From IMG/VR virus record IMGVR_UViG_3300045988_170943, positions 224,001 through 288,000 of that record: a DNA stretch of 64,000 bases. One strand, 5' to 3'. Shown one piece after another: positions 17,044-27,292 of this stretch (position 1 is the stretch's first letter; every line of letters starts with the position of its first letter). A model generated the notes under the pieces. It made no database searches. It had not been told where the DNA came from and was given only the letters and a program-made list of their open reading frames with translations. The position numbers and the translations under genes are program-made. This stretch comes from a virus.

Positions 17044-18882
17044 ATGGGATTCTTCTCAAGACGAAACAAGCGCGACTTCAACGTTGATGCGGTCAAAGTC
17101 CCAGAAGTCACCTACCCGGACCTCCAAACCGCACTCCAGTCCGTCACCAACGGCGGAGCAAAAGACACCAAATCCGTCACCATCACCTGGCAGGACGGCA
17201 CCAGTGCGCAAGCCGTCATCTACGGTGACACCCTCAAGTACCTTAACCAGGGCGTCATCAACAGTGAACTGGCCCAGATCATCGAGTCCAGGGTCTCCAC
17301 GTCCCGCACCGACATCCACCCCGGAGCCCTCGACGCCCTCAAAAAGGCTCTTGCAGACGAGGAAACCAGCCACATCGCCGCCGTCGAGCGGGTAGACCAG
17401 GTGTCACCTATGCTCGCAGCATTCATGAACATGATCCTCGGTGAACTCGCAGAGAACCACATCATGCGGCTCCACGACCACGGCCCCGTCACAGAGGTAG
17501 AAGCGGACTGGTCTGTCGATTTCACCCCCACATTCATGCAGAGGTTCACCGGTGTGGACATCCGTGTTGAGCAGGTTAACAGCATGGCTGAGCATGGGCG
17601 GCGTGACCTCCAGCGGGCCGAGACCATCACGCGCGGGGAACCCCTAGGTGACGTCCTGATAGAAAACACTGGCCCACAGCCCGCAGATCCCAGTGAGGAG
17701 CAGCACCTCATCCTTGACCTGCTACTAGACCGAGGCGGACCCATTAGCCTGGAGGACCTGCAACAGCACGCTACCGGCTACATCTGGTCGCACGTGCTCA
17801 AAGCCGCAGAAAACCTGATGTACGACGGTGCAATCGACATCACCTACCCGAACCGTCAGGAGTCGTCACTACCTGACCTCGGCCCACTCACGGTAGCCAA
17901 ACCAGCCACCAACAGTAGCCAAGACGACACTGGCACACAGGACGAGCACGACAGCACCCCAACTGAGGATGGCGCGGCACCCACAACAGGCAGCACCCCA
18001 GAGTCAAGCCAGGTGGAGGACCCCAACCAGAAGCCCACACCTCAGGGCGCCCCCCAGCCAGAAGAAACAGTGCCCCCCGAAGCCCCAGACACAGTGGCCG
18101 TCAGTGCCTTCGACAAGATCATCACAGGCTCAGACGAAGACGACAGCGACGGGTTCACGTTCTTCATGCCAGACGATAACGACCTCACTGACGAAGGAGG
18201 CTTTGACTTCACTGACGAGGATGAAACCCTCACAACAACCATGGCGGGTGAAGACCTAAGGCCCCTCATCAACCAGATCGTGCGCGAATCCACAAACGTC
18301 GATCAGACCATCATCCCTGTACTCACTGAGGAGATTGAGTACAACGCCGAGTTGGAGGCAGGTGTCATCGACCTGGACAACCGCATCAGCGAAGTCCGCC
18401 AAACCTACCAGGAAGACTTCGGCCGTTACAACATCATGGCAATGGACATCATCGGGGATCAGGCCCAGAAAGGTCAGGATGTCACCCTCGAAGGGGCCGG
18501 TGAACCCATCGAGCATGCCCGCGAGGACGCCAACGACCAGTTCTTCACCCTGGAGGACCTAGAGCACCGCCGATTCAACCTCAACGCCACCAGGATCAAC
18601 CTCCTTAAAAGCATCCTAGAGCGCATTACTCACCTTGACGGAGCACACGTCCAGGAGTGCGTCAACCTGATCGAGATGAAGATCCAGGGCATCCAGGACG
18701 TTACTGACACCGCGTTTCACTCCCCCAAGGACGATGAGGCTATCGCCAAGAAAACAGACCTCAAACTCATTGAGTCCGTACTCGTCCCCGAAACCATCAC
18801 CCCAGACGACTCCCCCCTGTTCTACAGGCTCGTCAGCACCATGGGGTTCAACCCGTTCGACAGCACCAGCAGCCAGCAGTGA
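17044..18882 (+). CDS. hypothetical acidic protein
   Basis: Long ORF with a very acidic Asp/Glu-rich central region and no catalytic motif recognised. The ATG at 17044 is preferred over the GTG at 16993. Confidence 0.45.
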   Translation: MGFFSRRNKRDFNVDAVKVPEVTYPDLQTALQSVTNGGAKDTKSVTITWQDGTSAQAVIYGDTLKYLNQGVINSELAQIIESRVSTSRTDIHPGALDALKKALADEETSHIAAVERVDQVSPMLAAFMNMILGELAENHIMRLHDHGPVTEVEADWSVDFTPTFMQRFTGVDIRVEQVNSMAEHGRRDLQRAETITRGEPLGDVLIENTGPQPADPSEEQHLILDLLLDRGGPISLEDLQQHATGYIWSHVLKAAENLMYDGAIDITYPNRQESSLPDLGPLTVAKPATNSSQDDTGTQDEHDSTPTEDGAAPTTGSTPESSQVEDPNQKPTPQGAPQPEETVPPEAPDTVAVSAFDKIITGSDEDDSDGFTFFMPDDNDLTDEGGFDFTDEDETLTTTMAGEDLRPLINQIVRESTNVDQTIIPVLTEEIEYNAELEAGVIDLDNRISEVRQTYQEDFGRYNIMAMDIIGDQAQKGQDVTLEGAGEPIEHAREDANDQFFTLEDLEHRRFNLNATRINLLKSILERITHLDGAHVQECVNLIEMKIQGIQDVTDTAFHSPKDDEAIAKKTDLKLIESVLVPETITPDDSPLFYRLVSTMGFNPFDSTSSQQ

Positions 18883-18941
18883 AAACAACAGAGTAGAAAG
18901 ACGCCAGTAGAACATAGCACCGGCCAGGCAAGGAGAACCCA

Positions 18942-21395
18942 TTGGCGGTCGATACCGACAGAGATTACGACTTCGACGACGACACCCCCCGCAATAACGA
19001 ACCTGAAGGTGACGGCGGCGGCAGAATCCTGGTTGCTGTCCTAGCCGTCCTGTTTCTGCCCGCCATCATCATCGCATGGGCCATCTACTACCTGGGGCTC
19101 GCAAAGGGGCGCCAGAAAAGGTCTGTGATCCTCTCCGGCACCCTCACCATGATCGTGATCGCCCTCATGTACGGGTCCCTGTCCAATGCCACAGCCAGAG
19201 CCAGTGCCGCACTAAGTGACGTCACAGGCATCACCCAGAACTGGACCGAGTACATTCCCCTACTAGTCGTCGTCAGTGTCATCCTCGGCGCAGTCGGCGG
19301 GTTCACCCTGACCGTGATCCAGGTTGGCAGACTCATCAAAAACCCGTACCTGCTGCACATGGAAGGCCCCTGGAAGAACTTCACGTTCCGGCCAACCCCA
19401 CTGGAGAACAGGCGCACCAAAAAACTCGTCACCCAGTTGAAAGACGGGTCACTGTCAGACAAGGACAAAGCCCCCCTTGGCATCACCACCAAAATCTATG
19501 AAGACCCCGAGGAGAACAAGAATACAGGTGGACTGAAAACCAAGGCCACATGCGAGGTCGCCTACCGGTACCAGGCGGACGCACGCAAAAACACCGTCAT
19601 GTCCGGTGGTGTCGGATCCGGTAAGACCATCACCATGCTGTCCATGATCCGCTCCGACATCGTGCACGGACTCCCCGTCATCATGATCGACATGAAACGC
19701 GACCCTGAGGTGTCAGCGAAACTCGCCCGCTGGTCCAAGGAGAACGGACGCAACTTCTACCACTTCGTGAACGGAGACCCCCAGGACTACGACGTACCTC
19801 ACTCCGCCGGGCAAGCCTCCTATGACCCACTCATCAACGGCGGTGCAGCCAAGGCAGACATGATCCTCGGGATGCGCGAGTGGGACACCAGCAGCGAAGT
19901 ATACAAGGGCAATGTCCGCCAGTTGCTCCAGGTCACCTTCCAGATGCTTAGACAAGCCGACCGCACCAGAGCAGACCGCATCGACTGGAGCCACGGAGGC
20001 ATCAGCCAACTCGCCTCCGCCATCAAAGACAACAACGCCTTCACTGACCTACTCATGGCCTGCAAAGGGCGCCCTATCTACGACGACGCACAGGCAGTAG
20101 ACCAAGGATCCCGCCACAAGTCCGGGAAACTCTACGGCGCCATGGATGAGGTGCAAGGGTACATGCGCACCCTCACCGCGTCAGCCTATGGCCCATGGCT
20201 ACGTACCGGCGTCACCGACCGTAACATCGACCTCTACGAACTCACAAAGGACGAAAACAGCGGGAACGTCATCCTGTTCTCCATCAACTCCGACAGTGAG
20301 AAAGACTTCGCCGCCTACCTGGGTGCACTCATCATGGCGGACATCAGCGCTGTCAGTGCTCTCAGGCGAAACCGCGGACTGAAGAACCCAGTCAACATCT
20401 ACATCGACGAATTCCAGATCATCCCCCCCACCACACTGGGCGGCATCCTAGAAAAAGCGCGCGCATCCGGGTTCGCCACCACCCTAGCCAGCCAGTCGTT
20501 GGAGCAGGTTATCGTCAAGTCCGAACGCAACGGCGAAGCAAACGTCAACAACATCCTCGACACATCCAGCCACTTCATCATCCACAACGGCGCCTACTTT
20601 GACTCCGCCACCAGGCTAGCGAAAATCGTCGGCGAGGCATGGTTCCCGAAATGGTCCACAGTCAACGACTCCAAGACACACTTCTTCTCGTTCAACTGGA
20701 ACAACAGACGTGACAGCATTGTCCGCAACGACCGAGAACAACGGTACATTGTTGACCCATCTGAGTTCCAGAAACTCAGCGCGCCTTCCCCATCAAACGG
20801 GTTCCTGACCGAAGCGATCATCATCGACAAGTCCACGGTTGACCCACGCTACTCCGGCAGGCCCAGGGCGCTAGCACGCAAGGTGCGGATGATCCCAGAC
20901 GACGCAGTACTCGCCTCATACCCACTGTCCAGAGTCGGAGAGAGCGACTATGCGGGACAGCAGCCAGACAATAAGGAGATGCACCTAGTTGTTGACGGTG
21001 ATACAACTGAGGGCCAGCATGGCGACCACATCTGGGAGGATGACGCCTTCCAGACCGAACCGGACACACAAGGGTACGACCCTGCTGGTTACGGCGACGA
21101 GGATGAGGACGGCGGATTCGGCTGGGTCAGTGACGACAAGGAGCCAGCAGACCCCCAAGAGGTAGAACAGGGCAAGACTGAAACAGGCTACAGCGCACCC
21201 GCCACCAGCAGTCCTGATCGCTCCCGCATCGATTACACCACACCAGCCCATGAGGAACCAGTCTACAACCAGCCTGAGCCCACGACACCCCCAGAGGAAG
21301 ACTATGGTGCCGGGTTCGGGTGGGTCACAGACAGCAGCGACAATACCGAACAGGAAGACCCCAGGACAGTGGGGCTTCCAGAACTTGGTTTCTGA
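18942..21395 (+). CDS. type IV coupling protein (VirD4/TraG/TcpA-like FtsK-family ATPase)
   Basis: 2-3 N-terminal TM helices, Walker A MSGGVGSGKTIT followed by IMIDMKRDPE (T4CP DPKGE-like), Walker B NIYIDEFQIIP, a TTLASQSLEQV Q-motif and an acidic C-terminal tail. The start is a TTG at 18942 with an aggag RBS. Confidence 0.7.
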   Translation: MAVDTDRDYDFDDDTPRNNEPEGDGGGRILVAVLAVLFLPAIIIAWAIYYLGLAKGRQKRSVILSGTLTMIVIALMYGSLSNATARASAALSDVTGITQNWTEYIPLLVVVSVILGAVGGFTLTVIQVGRLIKNPYLLHMEGPWKNFTFRPTPLENRRTKKLVTQLKDGSLSDKDKAPLGITTKIYEDPEENKNTGGLKTKATCEVAYRYQADARKNTVMSGGVGSGKTITMLSMIRSDIVHGLPVIMIDMKRDPEVSAKLARWSKENGRNFYHFVNGDPQDYDVPHSAGQASYDPLINGGAAKADMILGMREWDTSSEVYKGNVRQLLQVTFQMLRQADRTRADRIDWSHGGISQLASAIKDNNAFTDLLMACKGRPIYDDAQAVDQGSRHKSGKLYGAMDEVQGYMRTLTASAYGPWLRTGVTDRNIDLYELTKDENSGNVILFSINSDSEKDFAAYLGALIMADISAVSALRRNRGLKNPVNIYIDEFQIIPPTTLGGILEKARASGFATTLASQSLEQVIVKSERNGEANVNNILDTSSHFIIHNGAYFDSATRLAKIVGEAWFPKWSTVNDSKTHFFSFNWNNRRDSIVRNDREQRYIVDPSEFQKLSAPSPSNGFLTEAIIIDKSTVDPRYSGRPRALARKVRMIPDDAVLASYPLSRVGESDYAGQQPDNKEMHLVVDGDTTEGQHGDHIWEDDAFQTEPDTQGYDPAGYGDEDEDGGFGWVSDDKEPADPQEVEQGKTETGYSAPATSSPDRSRIDYTTPAHEEPVYNQPEPTTPPEEDYGAGFGWVTDSSDNTEQEDPRTVGLPELGF

Positions 21396-21490
21396 GGGGC
21401 AAGCACCGCACGCATTGCCACGTAAACACACCAGACGCACGTTTCCTCGATATTTTTTGCGATTCTACTTAACATTTTTATGGAGGGGTA

Positions 21491-23338
21491 ATGCCAGACC
21501 CGATCAACGTCCCTACACCCCCATCCAGGAGAAGGGGAGATATGACGCCACCTAGGAGAGGCGCCACCAACAACCGTGGGCGCACAACCCTGGGGACCCC
21601 TCCGTCCGTGCCTTCAGCACCCGGTGCCCTACCAGACCTTGGCAACATTCCAGGCCCCCGGCAGCGCCCAGGTAGGGCACCGGAGGCTAATGCTACGCCA
21701 CGCCGTACCCCCGCCAGCAGCCTCAAGGTTCCTGGGCTCGCACCAAGCCGCGGCCCAGTACGCACCCCTGACAGGGCAACCACTCCTGACAGGGTGGTAC
21801 GCCAGGAAAGAGTCGTCAACCAGTACGATGATGGGGAAGACCCTTTTGAGCAGATTCCCGTCCGAGACCAGGTTGATGTTGAAGACTACGAGGACTATGA
21901 GGCTGAGCACGTAGAGGTGGACACCACCCCCGAACGTCAACCATCTCTCCGCACCCCCACACCCAGTAGCGCTGACAGTGGCGAGGATGACCATGAGGAC
22001 ACCACCGAGCCTGCACCTAAGAAGAAGGGCATGTTCGGTCGCAAAGCCAAGAGCAGCGAATCCGCGTCGAAAAAGCACACCAAGTCCAGTGCACCCACTA
22101 AAACCAGCACCCCATCCATCCTGGATGATGACGAAGACGAACTCGGGTTCAAGAGGAACTTCATCGACAAGAAGAACAAACGCCTCCTCCCATTCGGCAA
22201 GAATACCGGCAGCAGCGGAGACCGAAGAAAAGGCCGCAAGGTCCGCAATAAGGACATCGACCCCCGCAAAAACAGGATCATCAAGATCAACGGGTACCGC
22301 ATCTTCTTCCTCACTGCCTGTCTCGCACTATTGGCGCTAGGAGCCTACAATGCCTGGTTCCCACAGAAAGCACTCACCGTCGATGAGACAGCACAGGTAG
22401 CCCAGCAGGCCCTCGGCAGGACAAACTTCCCAGAAGCACGAGGAGAAGGATTCGCCAAGGACTTTCTGCAAGCCTACCTGACCACCAGCGACGAAACCTC
22501 CCAGCAGGCCCTCGCATACTTCTTCAACGGAACCCTAGAGAACGCGAACAACTCCAGCGCGGAGACAAACCGTCAGACATCAGCCGACTATAAGCAACAA
22601 ATCCTGTACGGCCCAACAGTCTACTCAGCCACCAGCGTCACAGACCAGGTTGCCACCTATGTGGTTGGAGCACTCGTGAAGGCAGTCCCAGCGGACGGCA
22701 GCACCCCCGCCCCGGACAGCAACGGAAAAACCGGCGGCGAGGCAACATGGATGTTCTACTCCATCAACGTCTTCTACGACAAGGCCAGCGACCGACTGTT
22801 CATCACACCAGACTCCCCTACCGTCGTACCGAACATGAACGTTGGTAGTTCCCGCGACCTTCCAGGGCCGCAGTCACTCGGAACTGGGGAATCGGACTCC
22901 GACCTCAAGTCGAAGGTGTCATCCACCGTCCTCGGGTTCATGTCCGCTTATGCGACCTCCTCCCCCCAGGACCACACGGCACTCGACCAGTACGTAGTCA
23001 ACGATGCACCCCAGGAACTCAAGACGGGCCTGTCTGGTACGTACTCGTTCGACGGAAATGTGAACAATGCGGTCACCTTTGAGGCGTTCCCCACAAAGGA
23101 CGCTAACGTAGCCAAGGTGAAGGTGACTGTCAACTGGAAGAGATCACTGGGCGCTAACGGTAGCCAGTCAGCGAGGTACACGTCAACCTATGTGATGACG
23201 CTACAGAACGTGTCCGGTAAGTGGCAGGTGTCAAAGTTCTCGCCGTTCACGTACCTTCCTGACGAATCCGAGTCCGTCAACAACAGTAATGGAGACCAGA
23301 AGGCGGCCGCATCGGATGGCAGCACCAGCGGATCCTGA
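21491..23338 (+). CDS. hypothetical membrane protein with a Pro/Arg-rich cytoplasmic N-terminal region
   Basis: ATG with a ggagggg RBS. A Pro-rich N-terminus is followed by one TM segment (IFFLTACLALLALGAYNAWF) and a large extracytoplasmic domain. Confidence 0.5.
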   Translation: MPDPINVPTPPSRRRGDMTPPRRGATNNRGRTTLGTPPSVPSAPGALPDLGNIPGPRQRPGRAPEANATPRRTPASSLKVPGLAPSRGPVRTPDRATTPDRVVRQERVVNQYDDGEDPFEQIPVRDQVDVEDYEDYEAEHVEVDTTPERQPSLRTPTPSSADSGEDDHEDTTEPAPKKKGMFGRKAKSSESASKKHTKSSAPTKTSTPSILDDDEDELGFKRNFIDKKNKRLLPFGKNTGSSGDRRKGRKVRNKDIDPRKNRIIKINGYRIFFLTACLALLALGAYNAWFPQKALTVDETAQVAQQALGRTNFPEARGEGFAKDFLQAYLTTSDETSQQALAYFFNGTLENANNSSAETNRQTSADYKQQILYGPTVYSATSVTDQVATYVVGALVKAVPADGSTPAPDSNGKTGGEATWMFYSINVFYDKASDRLFITPDSPTVVPNMNVGSSRDLPGPQSLGTGESDSDLKSKVSSTVLGFMSAYATSSPQDHTALDQYVVNDAPQELKTGLSGTYSFDGNVNNAVTFEAFPTKDANVAKVKVTVNWKRSLGANGSQSARYTSTYVMTLQNVSGKWQVSKFSPFTYLPDESESVNNSNGDQKAAASDGSTSGS

Positions 23339-23409
23339 CAGCAAACAGAAGCATTTATCAAAAACATGTAGAAATATTTGATATTGGTCAGAAACTCTTA
23401 CACAACCGG

Positions 23410-23426
23410 TTAACTGTGAGAGTTAA
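23410..23426. promoter_or_regulatory. palindromic operator-like site TTAACTgtgagAGTTAA upstream of the pilin-like gene
   Basis: Perfect 6-bp inverted repeat with a 5-bp spacer, lying in an AT-rich intergenic region 35 bp upstream of ATG 23460. Confidence 0.3.
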
Positions 23427-23459
23427 TCTGATCAGATACACACAAACGGAGAAGAAGAA

Positions 23460-23780
23460 ATGATCCTAGGAGCAATTCTAAGCGGGTTGCTGAGTATCCC
23501 CGCTGGCGGTCTTGCAGCCCTACAGAACGACCTGGTTCGTAACTGGATCGGACCAGCCGCACTGATTGTTGTTGCCGCTGTCGCAGTGAAGCACCTGATT
23601 AAGGGTGAGCCACGTAAGATGGCCATCTATGCTGTTGCCGCTATTCTCGGCTTCGTTATCATCTACGGTGCTCCAGTACTTGTCGGTGGCGAGGACGCAA
23701 GCGTAACCAGGACCGTCGTTAACACGACTAAGAACAACATTAACGTCGCTACAGCACCCTTGGTACTCGACGCGAGTTGA
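23460..23780 (+). CDS. small two-helix membrane protein; candidate VirB2/TrbC-like conjugative pilin
   Basis: 106 aa with two hydrophobic helices (LSGLLSIPAGGLAAL... and IYAVAAILGFVIIYGAPVLV). It sits immediately downstream of the coupling-protein genes. Confidence 0.4.
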   Translation: MILGAILSGLLSIPAGGLAALQNDLVRNWIGPAALIVVAAVAVKHLIKGEPRKMAIYAVAAILGFVIIYGAPVLVGGEDASVTRTVVNTTKNNINVATAPLVLDAS

Positions 23781-23811
23781 TCAACACATGTTGTGAACTC
23801 AGCATGATTCA

Positions 23812-23853
23812 GGTGGCCCACCAGTCAGGCACAGTCCAGGCTGGTGGGCCACC
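23812..23853 (+). terminator. 13-bp stem-loop after the pilin-like gene
   Basis: ggtggcccaccag / ctggtgggccacc with a 16-nt loop. Confidence 0.4.
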
Positions 23854-23940
23854 ATCATTTACTAGAACGAATACATTTTGTGGGGAGGAGTGTGCGCTGA
23901 TACATGATATTCCATGCTAGTCAAATGAAGAGGAAACCTA

Positions 23941-25296
23941 ATGCTAGGACATAGAAGCAAACTTGACGTTGCAGTACAGTCAGCCGTGGACAACATTCTC
24001 TTCTCGAAGAAAGAAGCGTGGGCCTACTATCGCCTATCAACAACTGTTTACGACTTCCTGGCGTCTCAGCAGAAAATAGAAACCGGCCTGAGAATCACCA
24101 GCGCGTTCGCCAACATCATGTCCAACAAACAAGACTCCGTTGACGGGCACCTCATCGTCACAAACGTCCCCCTCGATGTTGACGCCTGGGAGGCCCAAAT
24201 CCTGGGAGTCATGGAGGACCACCCTGAAGGCCCAGGGTTTAAACGATTCATGGCCCAACAGAACGCCTTCCTCCGCAAGCGCGAGTACTCCAGGCGCGTC
24301 TGCTACGTGGGAATCAACCTAGGAGGCAGGAATACCCTCGACTTCACAAACCTTAACGTCCTGGAGTCGGGCTTCAAGAACGCCACAGAGACACTGAAAC
24401 AGTGGATCGACAAGATGTGGCACCAAAAGGACGGCACTGTTGACAAGGCTGAGGAGGACATGTACCGGCGTCGAGAGGAGGATATGTACGCAATCCTGTC
24501 CAATGGTGCTCTCCAGGCGCAGCGGGCCACCACTGAGGAGATACTGTTGGCGATTAAGCGCATGTTCTACCCACACATGCCCGCACCTCATCTCGAAATT
24601 GATCACAGTAACAGACTGTCGCAAGGTGACATGGACATTGAGATGCTGGGGCAGATCACCCCCAAGGCAAGGTTCCTGAAGTTCACGCAGCCATATGAGA
24701 ACATCGAGTTAGAGTCCTACCGGGCGTGCCTGACGTTTACCAGGTTCCCGAAGACATTCACGTTCCCCTATGACAACTTCCCGTTCCTGTACCTCCCAGC
24801 GACAATGAACGTCCCATTCACCGCTTTCAGCCGATTCACGCTCTACCCTAACGCCAAGATGAAATCTGATGTTGAACGCAAGTCCAAAGAGATGCGCGAC
24901 GAGGTTGACAACATCATGGCGACCCGTGACGCCAGTGACGGGATGATGAGTGGCCTACCAGCCGGTGTCGCTGAGACCATTGAGGACCTGGAGCAGATCA
25001 AGGCGATGCTGGAGGAAGACAAGGTGCCGTGGCTACGGGCCTCCTACCACCTCGTCCTTGAAGGGCCGACAGAGAAGTTCATTCAAGATGTCTACGCCGC
25101 GTTACGCCAGGAGTACCAGGACCGGGATACGGTGATCACCTGGACGTCCGGCGACCAGATGGACCTGTTCTTGGAGCAGATGCCAGGCGACACGAAGCGA
25201 ATCAAGTCTTTTGAGTTTATCACGAACCTGGCTCTATTAACAACCAGCGGTTTCAACTTCGCGTCCGAGATCGGGGACCGAATTTACGGCCTGTGA
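23941..25296 (+). CDS. hypothetical protein
   Basis: 451-aa ORF with an ATG and a gaagaggaa RBS. No nucleotide-binding motif. Confidence 0.45.
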   Translation: MLGHRSKLDVAVQSAVDNILFSKKEAWAYYRLSTTVYDFLASQQKIETGLRITSAFANIMSNKQDSVDGHLIVTNVPLDVDAWEAQILGVMEDHPEGPGFKRFMAQQNAFLRKREYSRRVCYVGINLGGRNTLDFTNLNVLESGFKNATETLKQWIDKMWHQKDGTVDKAEEDMYRRREEDMYAILSNGALQAQRATTEEILLAIKRMFYPHMPAPHLEIDHSNRLSQGDMDIEMLGQITPKARFLKFTQPYENIELESYRACLTFTRFPKTFTFPYDNFPFLYLPATMNVPFTAFSRFTLYPNAKMKSDVERKSKEMRDEVDNIMATRDASDGMMSGLPAGVAETIEDLEQIKAMLEEDKVPWLRASYHLVLEGPTEKFIQDVYAALRQEYQDRDTVITWTSGDQMDLFLEQMPGDTKRIKSFEFITNLALLTTSGFNFASEIGDRIYGL

Positions 25297-25358
25297 AGAA
25301 GCGGATAGAAACACAGTGAGCAAAGACGCAACGCAAAGAGTTAAGTAGGTGCAGGTAA

Positions 25359-26237
25359 ATGGCTAGAAGACGTTCACGCGGTCGTGGAGGATCCGCCATG
25401 AAGCGATTCGTCATGACCCCAGTCGCTTTCTTGATCGTTGTGGGCCTGATCTATGGGGTAGCCCAGATCAACGGAATTCACAGCATCAAGGACGCCCTGA
25501 ACTACATGCGCGTGATCAGTGACGAAACGGGCACGAAAGTCAACAACTGCGTTGGCGGGAAGGACTGCAAGATCCTGCCTGACGGGTCCACCACACCAAC
25601 AGGATCCGCGGACCAGGGGGCAGTCAGCAGCGGCAGTCAGGCCGATACGAGCGGGGGAAGCACCTCAAACGGGCAGGAGAGCAACAGTGGGGCTGAGGCA
25701 CCCACTGGTGACAACAAGTACCAGGCGGCCCTGAATAACCTGGCCATTGCGCCAGCAAAAAAGGTCGCCTACAAGCGTAGCGAGTGGAAGCACTGGGTGG
25801 ACGTCAACGGCAAGTGCAACGCCCGCGAGCAGACCCTTGTCAACCAGGGTAAGAACGTCAAGACCGACACCAAAACCTGCCGGGTTCTCAGTGGCACCTG
25901 GGTTGACCCCTACAGTGGGGAAACCATCACCAACCCCAAGAACATCGACATTGATCACGTAATCCCCCTGGGGTATGTGGCGAGAAGCGGCGGGCAGGAC
26001 TGGAGTCCACAGAAGAAACAGGAGTACGCCAATGACGTGGACACTGTTCTGCTGGTGACATCCGCGAAGGAGAACCGGTCCAAGTCTGACAAGGGACCAG
26101 CCGACTACATGCCACCAAACAGTGCTTACGCCTGCACATACGCCCAGAAGTGGATCGACATTGCCGGAAAGTACCAGATCAGCATCACTCAGGCTGACAA
26201 ACAGACCCTATCCGACGCTCTCACCAAGTGTAAATGA
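25359..26237 (+). CDS. secreted or membrane-anchored HNH nuclease of the DUF1524 (GmrSD C-terminal-like) type
   Basis: N-terminal signal/TM (MKRFVMTPVAFLIVVGLIYG), then a Ser/Gly-rich linker, then YKRSEWKHWVDVNGKCNAREQTLV ... NIDIDHVIPL ... ENRSKSDKGPADYMPP. This matches the DUF1524 HNH pattern (W.HW.D.DGDGC..R..VL / DH.VP / N...K.DK). Confidence 0.55.
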   Translation: MARRRSRGRGGSAMKRFVMTPVAFLIVVGLIYGVAQINGIHSIKDALNYMRVISDETGTKVNNCVGGKDCKILPDGSTTPTGSADQGAVSSGSQADTSGGSTSNGQESNSGAEAPTGDNKYQAALNNLAIAPAKKVAYKRSEWKHWVDVNGKCNAREQTLVNQGKNVKTDTKTCRVLSGTWVDPYSGETITNPKNIDIDHVIPLGYVARSGGQDWSPQKKQEYANDVDTVLLVTSAKENRSKSDKGPADYMPPNSAYACTYAQKWIDIAGKYQISITQADKQTLSDALTKCK

Positions 26238-26284
26238 GCGCCCCTGTAGTTAACCCCGAACGTCAGTAACCAAGGAAGGTTCAC

Positions 26285-27142
26285 ATGTCAACAGCCGCCA
26301 ACCGAGCCAAGGCTGCCGAAAGGTTCAGGCAGCAGAAGAACCAGGCGGAACACAGTAACTACGATGTTGGTGCCAGCCATATGAGCATCGAAGGGAAGTT
26401 GCGCCTCCTAGAGGAGATGGACCGTGGCGACCTTGTTGGCATCTTCAAGGAATGGCAGCCTAAGGTATCGAAGCGTCGCCGCCGTGGCGCTCCGCTGGAT
26501 CAGCGTGTCTCCATCACCGTCACCGACATGGAGCGCACCAACCTGAACGACGAAATCAAGACGATCAAGATGACTGAGAACATAAGCATGAGCCAGTTCA
26601 TCCGTAACAGGGCCATAGCCTCCGTCGATATCGTTGGGTGGCGTGACATCGCAGAAAAGGCGCTCGCGGAGATCGAGGACACAGTAAAGAACCAGGCGGC
26701 CATGCGCAAAAAGCGGTCCGCCTTGAACCTCCAGGCAGACGAGGAGACAGACCCCGCGACCGCAGCCTACATTCGGGCACAGGTTGACGACATCACCCGC
26801 CGCCTGGATCGCATCGTCTCCAAGCCACAATCCCGTAAACGTCGCCTGTCAGGCCGCATGTCTATGCCTGAGGCGGAGCAGGTGAAGTGGCGCGCACAAC
26901 GCCTCTGCATCTCTACGAGTGACTATCTGCGGATGATGATCTTCAACCTGGAGCCGAACGGTATTGCCGACTGTCACATGAGCCTGGACGCGAAGCGCCT
27001 CTTCTACATCTCGATCATCGAGGTTGCTCAGAACGGTTGGGGTACTCCACCATCTATCTACCAGTGCTCCCAGTGTGAGAACTACATGGATGAGATTAGG
27101 CGTCTGCGCAGTGAGGTTGACCAGTTGCGCGCATTCACGTAA
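26285..27142 (+). CDS. tandem ribbon-helix-helix MobC-like relaxosome accessory protein
   Basis: Two repeats match the MobC/RHH pattern R..V.v..tE...l...A...g.S.S.ylR: QRVSITVTDMERTNLNDEIKTIKMTENISMSQFIRNRAI and RRLSGRMSMPEAEQVKWRAQRLCISTSDYLRMMI. Confidence 0.45.
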   Translation: MSTAANRAKAAERFRQQKNQAEHSNYDVGASHMSIEGKLRLLEEMDRGDLVGIFKEWQPKVSKRRRRGAPLDQRVSITVTDMERTNLNDEIKTIKMTENISMSQFIRNRAIASVDIVGWRDIAEKALAEIEDTVKNQAAMRKKRSALNLQADEETDPATAAYIRAQVDDITRRLDRIVSKPQSRKRRLSGRMSMPEAEQVKWRAQRLCISTSDYLRMMIFNLEPNGIADCHMSLDAKRLFYISIIEVAQNGWGTPPSIYQCSQCENYMDEIRRLRSEVDQLRAFT

Positions 27143-27197
27143 ACCACACCACCCCAAAAGGAAATATGGTTAGGGCAGTAAACCCCAAACACAACGA

Positions 27198-27236
27198 AAA
27201 GACCTCCTCGTTATAATTAGGGGGTCTTTTTTGTTG
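27198..27236 (+). terminator. rho-independent terminator
   Basis: gacctcc / gggggtc stem followed by ttttttgttg. Confidence 0.55.
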
Positions 27237-27292
27237 TGATATTGCGGAGTACTGTATCGCGTACTGAAAGTTCCAGGAGGGGCTGCAAAATA

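Noticed and set aside
18942-21395. I considered whether the membrane-anchored P-loop ATPase is the missing VirB4.
   Set aside because: The N-terminal TM helices, the DP(K/E)-like box after Walker A, the Q-motif after Walker B and the acidic tail fit VirD4/TraG coupling proteins better than VirB4.
23460-23780. I considered this small membrane protein as an Flp/Fap pilin for the TadE-like genes.
   Set aside because: At 106 aa with two separate hydrophobic helices and no G/(E,A) prepilin cleavage motif, it looks more like a VirB2-type or generic membrane protein. It is kept as a low-confidence pilin-like candidate only.
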